A stretch of DNA of 64,000 bases from contig JBALDB010000025.1 in NCBI GenBank assembly GCA_036918135.1, forward strand, positions 1-64,000, read 5' to 3'. The stretch's first letter is position 1; every line of letters starts with the position of its first letter. Of the stretch, positions 1 to 9,955 are shown piece after piece. Both the position numbers and the translations under genes were made by a program. The notes under the pieces are model-generated. The model was not told the DNA's origin, made no database searches, and worked only from the letters and a program-made list of their open reading frames with translations. The stretch comes from Nostoc sp. (GTDB lineage Bacteria > Cyanobacteriota > Cyanobacteriia > Cyanobacteriales > Nostocaceae).

Positions 1-99
1 GAAGTGATGCACGAGCGCAATGCTCACAACTTCCCTCTGGATTTGGCTGCTGGTGATGAAGCTAGAGTCGCAATAACCGCTCCTGCTATCAATGGCTAA
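1..99 (+). CDS. psbA: Photosystem II D1 protein, 3' end only (partial)
   Basis: Frame 1 reads [32 protein letters not shown], the D1 C-terminus; not in the ORF track. Confidence 0.97.
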   Translation, partial: EVMHERNAHNFPLDLAAGDEARVAITAPAING

Positions 100-132
100 T
101 TAATAATCGCTAGTAATCACGTCAAATAAAAC

Positions 133-163
133 AAAAAGCGCTTTCAGAAGGGGAGCGCTTTTT
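133..163 (+). terminator. Intrinsic terminator after psbA
   Basis: AAAAAGCGCT...AGCGCTTTTT inverted repeat with T tract. Confidence 0.8.
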
Positions 164-300
164 GATGTCAATATAAATTCGTATGCTATATCGGCAGGGG
201 CAACTTGGTATTATCCTACGACAACTACCAGCCCATCGCATCTTAAGAGTAACCCTAGATTATCTAGAGTACCCTAACTTCCTTGCTTAGATTACTTGTA

Positions 301-1050
301 TTAGTGTTCTTGTCCTGTTGGTCGGATGAGGATTTCATTGACATTAACGCGCGGTGGTTGAGTAACAGCGTAAACGATGGCAGCAGCAATGTCTTCGCTT
401 TGCAGAGGTGTGATTGACTTGCGTCGTTCTTGGATGCGTTGTTTGCTAACCGGATCGGTAATATGGTCATCAATACCTGTGTCAACTAAGCCAGGTTCGA
501 TAATGGTGACGCGAATATTATCCTTGTGGACTTCTTGGCGTAATGCTTCTGAGAGAGCATTTACACCCCATTTAGTAGCGTTGTAAACACCTACACCTGC
601 CCGTGCTGTCCGGCCTGCGACTGAGGAAATGTTAACTATATGTCCTGATTGTTGCTGTTTCAAAATCGGCAAAGCTGCATGAGTAACATACAGCACTCCT
701 AAAACATTGATATCAAACGACCGCCGCCAGTCTGCCGGATTTCCTGTCTCAATAGTACCGAGCAAGGCAATACCAGCATTATTAACTACAATATCTATGC
801 GACCTAACTCTGCGTTCGCCTTGCTCACTAAATTATTTACCTGATTTTCATCGGTAACATCAGTGACAATGGGCAGTACCTCACCACCATTAGCTTTGAT
901 GCGTTCTGCCAACGCCTGAAGAAGCTCGCCACGCCTAGCAGCAATGACTACTTTTGCTCCTTCTGTTGCCAAAGCGATCGCTGTTGCTTCTCCAATTCCT
1001 GATGAAGCACCAGTAATAATTGCTACTTTTTCTTTTAATTTATCTGTCAT
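301..1050 (-). CDS. SDR family NAD(P)-dependent oxidoreductase
   Basis: TGASSGIG, NNAG and YNATK (YxxxK) motifs. Confidence 0.93.
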   Translation of the reverse strand: MTDKLKEKVAIITGASSGIGEATAIALATEGAKVVIAARRGELLQALAERIKANGGEVLPIVTDVTDENQVNNLVSKANAELGRIDIVVNNAGIALLGTIETGNPADWRRSFDINVLGVLYVTHAALPILKQQQSGHIVNISSVAGRTARAGVGVYNATKWGVNALSEALRQEVHKDNIRVTIIEPGLVDTGIDDHITDPVSKQRIQERRKSITPLQSEDIAAAIVYAVTQPPRVNVNEILIRPTGQEH

Positions 1051-1165
1051 GTGTCATTTGTCCTTAGTCATTAGTCATTGGTCATTCGGAGTACTGAGTG
1101 AGGAGTTAAGAGTTATTCTTCCCCTGCTTCCCTGCCTCCCCTGCTCCCCATCTCCCTACTCCCCT
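1050..1165. repeat. STRR-type short tandem repeats
   Basis: TTAGTCA/TTGGTCA heptamers, then CCCCTGCT-like units. Confidence 0.7.
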
Positions 1166-2585
1166 ACCTCTTCCTCAACCTCAAAACAGATGCAACTGTT
1201 GCCACACAAAGTATTAGGGCTGCAAAGCGAAAAGTTCCTTGGAAGCCGACAACAATCGCTTCTGCTGGAGCAACGGACACATCTGCACCCCCGGCCATAG
1301 TCGCGATTAAGCCTCCAAATACTGCCCCGAACAGAGAAACTCCTACGGTGTTACCTGAGGTGCGTGATAAAGACAGCAACCCAGAGGCAATGCCTAGCCG
1401 CTCCCAAGGCACTGCTCCCATAACAGCGCTGTTGTTGGGGGATTGGAATAAACCCAGTCCAATACCGTAAATGAAATAGCGGCACACATAGCCTAACTCA
1501 GTGATTTGAGCATCAAAGGTGCTAATCCCCAAACAGCCGCCAATCATCAATCCCAAGCCAATTGAGCTAATCAGTTGAGTGCCAAAGCGGTCTGCAAGTG
1601 TTCCAGCCAAGGGAGCAATGAAACCACTAAGTACAGGCGATACTGCTAGTAGTAATCCTACTTTTACCGTCGAATATTGCTTTACTCCCTCCAAAAAGAA
1701 TGGCACGATCAGTAGCGAACCACCAATGACAGTGAATGCTAGCCAACCACTGAGCAAACTCATACTCAACTGAAGATTGCGAAATAAGTGTAGTTCTAGT
1801 AGTGGCTGCTCGATCATCGTTTCAACTACCAAAAAAATCGTCAAACTGAGGGCGGCGATCGCTAGTAATATCAATGCATTGACACTAGTAAAGCCTTGGC
1901 TTTGTCCTAGTGTCATACCTAGCCCAAAACTACCCAAAGTTAATAAAGCCAATATTGCTCCAAAAGGATCGAATTTCTGTTTCCCCTCAACGCGTACAGA
2001 AGGTGGCACTACGCGAGCTACTAAGAAACTAGCTACGATACCCAGTGGTACATTGATTGAGAAAATACTATGCCAGCCTGACCAACTCAGCAGTAAGCCG
2101 CCAGCCGAAGGGCCAAAAGCAATACCGAGTGATACTACACTACCGATGATGCCCACAGCTCGACCTCGTTCGGAAGAGGGAAAAACTTCTGTGATGATTG
2201 CCAAACCAAGGCCAGAGATGAACACGGCACCGAGTCCTTGAAGTGCCCGAAAACCGATTAACCACTCGATACCAGGTGCAAGACTACACAACAGCGAACT
2301 GAAAGTAAACAAAACAAGTCCGCCTTGGTATAAGGACTTCTTGCCCCACATATCCCCCAGGCGCGTTGCTCCCAACACTAAACCGGAACTAACCAACTGA
2401 TAACTTAATACAGCCCATTGGGTTATGGGAAAAGTGGTGTCAAAGGCTTCTACCAAGGTGGGTAAAGCAACATTGATAATGCCCACATCCAGGGTAGACA
2501 TGAACACCCCAAGTCCCACACCAACTAAAACCCAATTTTTTTGAGAGCTTGACAAAGCCAGAGGTTGTGCTTGCAATTTTGCCAA
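1164..2585 (-). CDS. MFS transporter, DHA2 (EmrB/QacA-like)
   Basis: LDVGIINVALP, RLGDMWGKK motif A, many hydrophobic helices. Confidence 0.9.
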   Translation of the reverse strand: MAKLQAQPLALSSSQKNWVLVGVGLGVFMSTLDVGIINVALPTLVEAFDTTFPITQWAVLSYQLVSSGLVLGATRLGDMWGKKSLYQGGLVLFTFSSLLCSLAPGIEWLIGFRALQGLGAVFISGLGLAIITEVFPSSERGRAVGIIGSVVSLGIAFGPSAGGLLLSWSGWHSIFSINVPLGIVASFLVARVVPPSVRVEGKQKFDPFGAILALLTLGSFGLGMTLGQSQGFTSVNALILLAIAALSLTIFLVVETMIEQPLLELHLFRNLQLSMSLLSGWLAFTVIGGSLLIVPFFLEGVKQYSTVKVGLLLAVSPVLSGFIAPLAGTLADRFGTQLISSIGLGLMIGGCLGISTFDAQITELGYVCRYFIYGIGLGLFQSPNNSAVMGAVPWERLGIASGLLSLSRTSGNTVGVSLFGAVFGGLIATMAGGADVSVAPAEAIVVGFQGTFRFAALILCVATVASVLRLRKR

Positions 2586-2740
2586 CGTTTGTCTCCGCCT
2601 TTAACTTTACGGTTATGAATAGTTTGCATACGTATATTAATTGTAAGTTGCTACTATTACTGCCTAACTTGAGAAACTATTATTCATTAAATACGGTAAA
2701 TAGATAGATTTAGTGTATTTTATGCTAAAACTCAAGCGTA

Positions 2741-2836
2741 ATACCAATTGAAAAAAGAATGCGACAGATACATACGGACATACCTTTGTTCTGTCTGGCT
2801 TTCTTGATGCGTGAATTTTGAATTTTGAATTGGTAT
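2741..2836. repeat. Small inverted-repeat-bounded (MITE-like) element
   Basis: ATACCAATTGAAAA ... TTTTGAATTGGTAT terminal inverted repeats. Confidence 0.55.
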
Positions 2837-2865
2837 AACTTCGTTTTATTTTCGGGAATTGAGCT

Positions 2866-3474
2866 TTACCTTTGGGGAAAACTTTTTGATTTACCGAAAT
2901 TAGGCAGAGATTTCAGTTCAGATGCAGTGAGGTCGCGCCATTGACCTGGTTGTAAGTCATTTAATTGTAAGTGGGCGATGCTGACTCTGACTAATCGCAA
3001 AGTCCCAAATCCTACAGCCGCAGTCATGCGGCGTACTTGGCGGTTTTTTCCTTCTGTCAAAGTCATTTCCAGCCAAGCCGTTGGTACATTTTTACGAAAT
3101 CTAATCGGTGGGTTGCGTTCAGGTAGCTGTGGTTCTTCTAGTAACAGTCTAACTTCTGCTGGTTGAGTGCGGTAATCTTGAATTTCCACACCTGTTTGCA
3201 ACCTTTTTATTGCCTCTATATCAGGAATTCGCTCTACCTGTACCCAATAAGTGCGTTGATGAGCAAAACGCGGATGGGCGAGGCGATGTTGCAATTGCCC
3301 ATCGTTGGTTAACAACAGCAAACCTTCACTGTCCCAATCTAAGCGTCCCACAGGATACACATCAGGCACATCAATATAATCTTTGAGAGTGCTATGTGTA
3401 GGAGTCTCTTTTGTAAATTGGCTGAGAACTCCATAAGGTTTATAAAAAATAATATATCGATGGTGATTAGTCAT
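2866..3474 (-). CDS. rluE: rRNA pseudouridine synthase, RluE-like (RsuA family)
   Basis: [14 protein letters not shown] catalytic Asp motif; [10 protein letters not shown]; no S4 domain. Confidence 0.85.
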   Translation of the reverse strand: MTNHHRYIIFYKPYGVLSQFTKETPTHSTLKDYIDVPDVYPVGRLDWDSEGLLLLTNDGQLQHRLAHPRFAHQRTYWVQVERIPDIEAIKRLQTGVEIQDYRTQPAEVRLLLEEPQLPERNPPIRFRKNVPTAWLEMTLTEGKNRQVRRMTAAVGFGTLRLVRVSIAHLQLNDLQPGQWRDLTASELKSLPNFGKSKSFPQR

Positions 3475-3616
3475 TAGTTACTCGTCATTAGTCATATCAT
3501 GTTCGGCTAATCACTCGCAATGACGGGCAAGCTGTCGTTAGTCAACAGAAGTAGGGGGGAATGAAAGGAAGTTGTTAAATTATCCCCCCAACGGAAGCAA
3601 CTTTTCAAATATCCGC

Positions 3617-6499
3617 TTAAAACTTTCCTGCTAAGGCTGCAACACACCGTTCGCAAATTAGCGGATGCTCTGCTGATTCTCCCACGTGAATGGAATAGTT
3701 CCAACAGCGATCGCACTTTTCCCCGTCAGCATTCACTACACCAATTACCCAATCTTCCGTCTGCGCTGTATATTTTAGTCCTTGCATTGCATCAGCAGAA
3801 TCTAATAATTCTACTTGGGAAGTCAGCAATAAATAGCGCAGTTCGTCAATACCGTTACCGTTAACTGGGTTAAAGGCTTTGATTGCATCTCCTAACTGTT
3901 TGTGAGGTATATGAATCAAAGCTTTTGCTTCTAAGGAAGAACCAATCAGTTTTTCGATTCTGGCTTGTTCTAACACCTTGTTAACATCGGTGCGGAGTTT
4001 TCGCAAAGCTTCCCAAGATTCGGCTAATTCTGGATTACGCCACTTCTCGTCCACCTGCACCCAACCTGCTTCAAACACTGATTTGTAAGGTGTTTTGTAA
4101 GGGAAATATTGCCAGATATCTTCAGCAGTGTGGCATAATACTGGAGCGATCGCTCGTACTAAATTCTCTAAAGCTATCTTCAGCACTGTTTGACAACTGC
4201 GACGGCGGAAAGCATTAGTAGCACTGATGTACAGTCTATCTTTGGCAACGTCTAAATAAAAGTTGGATAAATCCACAACGCAGAAATTTTGTACTGTTTG
4301 GAAGAAGCGGAAGAATTGGAAACTTTCAAAAGCTGCTGTTACTTCTTCAAATACCTCAAGGATGCGGTGCAGCATGTATTTATCAAGTTCTGGCAATTCT
4401 TCAAAAGGTACTGCGTCTGTTTCTGGGTCAAAATCATCGAGACTACCTAACAGAAACCGTGCCGTATTGCGAATCTTACCTCTGACATCGTTCAATTGCT
4501 TGATGATGTTTTTACCAACGCGGACATCGCCGGAGTAGTCTACCGATGATACCCACAACCGCAGTACATCTGCACCGTAGGGCGGTTCTACTTTTTGATT
4601 TTTCCCACCTTGGATGATTGTATTTGGGTCAATCACATTTCCTTCTGACTTACTCATTTTCCGGCCTTGTTCATCCAAAGTAAAGCCGTGAGTTAGTACA
4701 GTTTTGTAGGGTGCAATCCCATTTACTGCTACACTCGTGAGCAAACTTGACTGGAACCAACCGCGATGCTGGTCGGAACCTTCCAAGTACATATCAGCGG
4801 GGTAGCGCAACTCTGGACGCTGTTTAGCTACAGCTGCCCAAGATGAGCCAGAATCAAACCATACATCCATTGTGTCTGTACCTTTGCGGTAAGACTTGCC
4901 ATTTTGGCGATAGGATGTTGGCAATAACTCTTCAACTGAAAGTTCCCACCAAGCATCGGAACCTTTCTCGGCGATAATTGCTTGGACGTGGTTGATAATT
5001 TCCTCGTTGAGCAGTGGTTCCCCCGTTTCTTCATCATAGAAAACAGGAATTGGTACACCCCAAGCACGCTGACGGGAGATACACCAATCAGAACGTTCCG
5101 CCACCATTGGCGTGATGCGATTTTCACCTTGGGCTGGAATCCATTTTACCGAAGCGATCGCCTTTAATGCTTCTTCTCTAAATCCCTCCACCGAAGCAAA
5201 CCATTGTTCGGTAGCGCGGAAAATTGTCGGTTTTTTCGTCCGCCAATCGTAAGGATACTTATGTTGATAAGGTTCTTCCTTCAACAAAGAACCAGCCGCC
5301 GCCAACGCATCAATTACCGCTTGATTTCCATCACCCAGCACATTCAACCCTGCAAATTCTCCTGCTTCTTGGGTAAAATTCCCGTTATCATCCACAGGTG
5401 CAAGGATAGGCAAACCATAGCGCTGACCAACAATGTAGTCTTCTTGACCATGACCGGGAGCAGTATGTACCAACCCAGTACCGGACTCAGTAGTAATATA
5501 ATCGCCACCTACAACCACCGGACTTTCTCGTTCAAACAATGGATGACGGTAAGTACTATATTCTAAATCACTCCCTTTAACTGTACCTTTTACCGTCAAC
5601 TCAACACCCAAGGTCGCAGCTAACCTCTCCACTAACTCTGCCGCCACAATTAAGTATTTGAAATTACTTTGCACTTCGGTGTCTTTGCGTGACACCTCCA
5701 CCACTGCATAATTCAAATCCCCATTTACCGCCACCGCTAAATTCCCCGGAATCGTCCAAGGCGTAGTCGTCCACACAGCCACACCTAAATCCGGCAAATA
5801 TTCTCCTAGCAGTGATTTCACTCCTTCGCCAAGACTGGTAACAGGGAAAGCAGCGTAGATACTACGAGAAGTATGACCCTCCGGATATTCCAACTCAGCT
5901 TCCGCCAAAGCAGTTTGAGAACTAGGACTCCAGTGAACAGGCTTTAAACCACGATAGATGTATCCTTTCAAGAACATCTGACCAAACACGCCAATTTGCG
6001 CTGCTTCATATTCCGGCTTCAGCGTTAAATAAGGATGATCCCAATCACCCCAAATACCATAGCTTTTAAAACTTTGGCACTGGTCATCTACCGCAGCTAG
6101 GGCATATTCTTTAGCTTTTTGTCGTAGTTGCAAAGGCGTTAAGTTTTGCCGTTCTGCTGACTTCATGTTTTGCAAAACTTTCAACTCAATTGGCAAACCG
6201 TGACAATCCCAACCAGGTACATAGCGAACTTTACGCCCTTGTAGCAGTTGGTAGCGATTAATAATATCTTTAAGAATTTTATTTAAAGCATGACCGATAT
6301 GGAGTGAGCCATTAGCGTAGGGAGGCCCATCGTGCAGTATAAATAATTCGCCAGGGTTGTTTTGTGAAAGGCGATCGTAAATTTTATTTTCTAACCAAAA
6401 TTTTTGGATTTCTGGCTCGCGCTTGATAGCGTTTGCCCGCATCTCAAAGTTAGTCTTGGGTAGGTTTACAGTATCTTTGTAGCTTTTAGTTTCTGTCAC
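3617..6499 (-). CDS. ileS: Isoleucine--tRNA ligase
   Basis: HIGH and KMSKS motifs, GWDCHGLP, WTTTPWT editing domain, C-terminal CDRC...CERC zinc finger. Confidence 0.98.
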   Translation of the reverse strand: MTETKSYKDTVNLPKTNFEMRANAIKREPEIQKFWLENKIYDRLSQNNPGELFILHDGPPYANGSLHIGHALNKILKDIINRYQLLQGRKVRYVPGWDCHGLPIELKVLQNMKSAERQNLTPLQLRQKAKEYALAAVDDQCQSFKSYGIWGDWDHPYLTLKPEYEAAQIGVFGQMFLKGYIYRGLKPVHWSPSSQTALAEAELEYPEGHTSRSIYAAFPVTSLGEGVKSLLGEYLPDLGVAVWTTTPWTIPGNLAVAVNGDLNYAVVEVSRKDTEVQSNFKYLIVAAELVERLAATLGVELTVKGTVKGSDLEYSTYRHPLFERESPVVVGGDYITTESGTGLVHTAPGHGQEDYIVGQRYGLPILAPVDDNGNFTQEAGEFAGLNVLGDGNQAVIDALAAAGSLLKEEPYQHKYPYDWRTKKPTIFRATEQWFASVEGFREEALKAIASVKWIPAQGENRITPMVAERSDWCISRQRAWGVPIPVFYDEETGEPLLNEEIINHVQAIIAEKGSDAWWELSVEELLPTSYRQNGKSYRKGTDTMDVWFDSGSSWAAVAKQRPELRYPADMYLEGSDQHRGWFQSSLLTSVAVNGIAPYKTVLTHGFTLDEQGRKMSKSEGNVIDPNTIIQGGKNQKVEPPYGADVLRLWVSSVDYSGDVRVGKNIIKQLNDVRGKIRNTARFLLGSLDDFDPETDAVPFEELPELDKYMLHRILEVFEEVTAAFESFQFFRFFQTVQNFCVVDLSNFYLDVAKDRLYISATNAFRRRSCQTVLKIALENLVRAIAPVLCHTAEDIWQYFPYKTPYKSVFEAGWVQVDEKWRNPELAESWEALRKLRTDVNKVLEQARIEKLIGSSLEAKALIHIPHKQLGDAIKAFNPVNGNGIDELRYLLLTSQVELLDSADAMQGLKYTAQTEDWVIGVVNADGEKCDRCWNYSIHVGESAEHPLICERCVAALAGKF

Positions 6500-7607
6500 G
6501 GTGCTGATGTCACAAGGAATATAGGAGTCTAATTCTCACTATTATCCGTGAGAATTTCCAATGTCTTCAACAGAAATGCGTTTTTAGGCGCAGCAGTGTT
6601 GCCTACTGGAATAGCTAAGTTTTTTTATGGTAGTGCATCCTAGTTTTTTCAGATGTAGTAAGATGCACTATCTGTAGTATATTGTAACGTAGATTGTTGA
6701 GATATATATGGTGGGCTACTTTTCAACAATAAAAGGTTTGCACTTCTTTTGGCGATCGCTCAAATTTTGTGAATGATATGAGCGTAGTATATATATACCA
6801 TTAGCCTCAGCTAAAGGCAGTAACTTGAAGAGTACTTTAACTTTATAGCTTCTTTATCCAAAATAACACTAATTATCAAGAGATTTGGACGTTCATAGTT
6901 TATCCGAATTACTACATAAATTATTTTTCTAGCAGATGTTAAACATGTTTCTAACCATTTCAGAATAATTGAAAACTAAATTGTTTAAATTTTTGAGTTT
7001 GGGAATGACGAAATCCTCTATATTTTTTCTTTTATAGTTTTAAAGAAAATTGAGAATGGGAAAGTATTAGCCATTTCTCAACTAACTTTTTTAATAGATT
7101 GTAAGAGATGAATTAAAATTTAGAGCAACAGATATTCTGTATGCCTAAGATGATTTGACGGGTATATTTCATCAAATCAAGGTAAATTTTAAAAAGTAGA
7201 TCTAATTGACAAAATTATTTATAATTTTTTGATAAAAATTGTTACACACTTTACCAGATATGCTTTTTCGGGTATTCTGTCGTCCCGTCAGTTATCAAAA
7301 AGTTAGTCTTTAAGTATAAACACAAAAACTTCATCTAAAATTTACACTATTTTCATAATGCTAAGACTTATAATACTTACTTGTATAGATTTAATGTGTT
7401 TTGATTATGATATATAAACTACTAACAATCAAATATTAGAATAAAAATTTATTTTAAGGATTGATTTAACCAATAATATATCTTTATCTAAGCATAATAT
7501 TTTCGTCAAATGCAACAAGTATCAATGATTTCATGTGAGCAATATATATAGCTAAATTGCTATTTTAAACTAAATCTTAATCTTAAAATTATCAAATAGA
7601 ACTAATA

Positions 7608-8591
7608 ATGAAAACCAAAGCAAAAGCAAAAAAACCAATAGCCAGTCTTTCTCTAGACTTAGATAATATTTGGTCTTATCTGAAAAATCAAGGCGCTCCG
7701 GGTTGGGAGAGTTTCCCGTCATACTTGGATATTGCAGTACCGCGTTTTCTAGAAATTCTCCAGCAATGGAATTTGAGAATCACAGTCTTTATTGTCGGTC
7801 AGGATGCAGCACTGGAAAAGAATCGCAAGGCAATACAAGCGATCGCCAATGCCGGTCACGAAGTCGGCAATCATTCATTTTACCACGATCCTTGGCTACA
7901 TCTGTATTCTGAAAATGAGATTGAAGAAGAGGTGGCTATGGCCGAAGAACATATCAAGCGCGTCACCTATCAACACCCTATAGGCTTCCGGGGGCCTGGA
8001 TACAGTTTTTCTCCAGCGGTGTTAAAAGTCTTAGCACGACGCGGATACGAATATGACGCTTCAACTTTTCCAACAATTTTGGGGCCTATAGCACGAGCTT
8101 ATTATTTAATGACTTGTAAGCTCAGCAAAGAAGAACGCAAAAAACGGGAAGCTTTGTTTGGCAGTTTTAAAGATGGTTTGCAGCCTCTAAATCCTTACCA
8201 ATGGCACATGGGTAAGGATAAACTGACTGAAATTCCTGTTACTACCATGCCAATTTTCAAGGTGCCAATTCACTTTAGTTACATCATGTATCTGAGTACG
8301 TTTTCAAGCGATTTGGCGTTATTTTACTTGAGAATTGCTTTGTGGCTGTGTAAAGTTACACGCACACAGCCTTCTTTGCTACTCCATCCCACAGACTTTT
8401 TAAGTCAAGAAGATGTACCAGAGTTATCATTTTTTCCTGGTATGAGCGTCCCCACCTATAAAAAGCTAGCAGTGGTAAACAAAAGTTTAGAACTTATATC
8501 GAGTCAGTTCAATGTTTTGACTGTTGGACAACACGCCAAGTCCGTAGCAGGTGTTCGTCAATTACCTGTACTAGTGCCTCAAAAGAGGTAA
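7608..8591 (+). CDS. Polysaccharide deacetylase family protein (NodB-like)
   Basis: SLDLD, HEVGNHSFYH, GFRGPGY, YDAS and LLHP motifs. Confidence 0.88.
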   Translation: MKTKAKAKKPIASLSLDLDNIWSYLKNQGAPGWESFPSYLDIAVPRFLEILQQWNLRITVFIVGQDAALEKNRKAIQAIANAGHEVGNHSFYHDPWLHLYSENEIEEEVAMAEEHIKRVTYQHPIGFRGPGYSFSPAVLKVLARRGYEYDASTFPTILGPIARAYYLMTCKLSKEERKKREALFGSFKDGLQPLNPYQWHMGKDKLTEIPVTTMPIFKVPIHFSYIMYLSTFSSDLALFYLRIALWLCKVTRTQPSLLLHPTDFLSQEDVPELSFFPGMSVPTYKKLAVVNKSLELISSQFNVLTVGQHAKSVAGVRQLPVLVPQKR

Positions 8592-8603
8592 AAATACAAT
8601 TTA

Positions 8604-9035
8604 TTACCAATTACAACAAGCAACCAAATTAGCGACAATCTCAACTAATTCTTCTGGAAAGACTGGTTTAGATACATGAGTATGAAAGCCAGCTTCTAAA
8701 GCGCGAATACGACTTTCGCTATCGCCAAAGGCAGTTAAGGCGATAGCGATAACTTTTCCACCCATATCTGGCTTGAGCGCGCGTATTTTACGAATCAAGG
8801 TGTAGCCATCTTCCCCAGGCATACCTATATCACAAACTAAGACATCAGGTAGCAATTGGGGTAAAACTTCCAGTGCTGCTGCTGCTGATGGAACTGCTAC
8901 AATGCTAGCCCCATCTGCTTCCAACACTGTACTAATAAAAAAGCGAATATCATCATCATCTTCAACTACGAGAATATTTAAGCTATCAAGAGCCAGAGAA
9001 GGTTGCATAACTGACATTTTAATTTTGTCTAACAA
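8604..9035 (-). CDS. Single-domain response regulator (receiver)
   Basis: ILVVEDD, CDIGMPGEDG (phospho-Asp), LTA, KP. Confidence 0.92.
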   Translation of the reverse strand: MLDKIKMSVMQPSLALDSLNILVVEDDDDIRFFISTVLEADGASIVAVPSAAAALEVLPQLLPDVLVCDIGMPGEDGYTLIRKIRALKPDMGGKVIAIALTAFGDSESRIRALEAGFHTHVSKPVFPEELVEIVANLVACCNW

Positions 9036-9499
9036 CAGTGCTGACGTAAAATATAGAATGCTTAAAGATTTTTGAATCTAGCCAAAAGTGCAGCAATCTT
9101 AATAGATAGCAATAGCTCTCGACTATTTTATATTGTATCTCTATAGTACTTTGTATAATGTTACTATTTGTAAGGTGTTGAGAATCTAACGGCAACCATT
9201 TGTTACTCAAATCGAGTGAATAATTATTATTCCCAATTTATTCAGAGTAAATGGCTAATTAAATAGTCTTGAATATTATCCGAACTATATTTTGATTTAA
9301 CTATATTTATGAACGAGTAAGGATAATTTATAGTCCTTAAAAACCTATTTGTTACTCAAAAGTTCTATTAAAGGTAAATTCTTCACTCGCACCAACGACT
9401 ATTTTAGCAGTTGTATAAATAATCCATCCATAGTCGTCGAGATATCCATCGATAGTTGTGCCTTCTCGAGCTGATAGAGCGATATACAAATGCATACCT

Positions 9500-9631
9500 C
9501 TAAGTAAATAGACATGATTAAATCTAAGACGTCATTGCGAGCAAAGCGAAGCAATCACAAAGTTTCTGGGATTGCTTCGCTTCGCTCGCAATGACAGAAG
9601 ATATTATATTTATTTATGTCCATTAACTTAG
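9500..9631. repeat. MITE-like element with outer TIRs and inner long palindrome
   Basis: Outer CTAAGTAAATAGACAT / ATGTCCATTAACTTAG; inner GTCATTGCGAGCAAAGCGAAGCAATC ... GATTGCTTCGCTTCGCTCGCAATGAC (9531-9595). Confidence 0.75.
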
Positions 9632-9955
9632 TTGCTATTCTAACATTAAGAGCAATGATTTCAAATTTTTCAGTTAATACTGTACTAATATCCTGAATAG
9701 CAAAACGAATTTTTGCTTCTTTATAGCACTTAATATAAACCCTGCTTTCATATCTTCTTGTTTGACAAAGTTCTTTCAGCTTGATTTCAAATGGTTATGG
9801 TGTTTTAATCTGATAGCAAAATACTTTAATTATTCAATAATGATTAATTAGTTATTTAGGTAATATCCAGCAACTAAACAGCAGCAATAGTATCAGAATT
9901 TTTACTGAGCCATTCCGAGAATAACATTAATAATATATACATAAATATTATTAGG

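Noticed and set aside
1..99. Atypical ('rogue') D1 variant
   Set aside because: The visible ligand region [13 protein letters not shown] is canonical; differences lie only in the cleaved C-terminal extension, and the rest of the gene is outside the window
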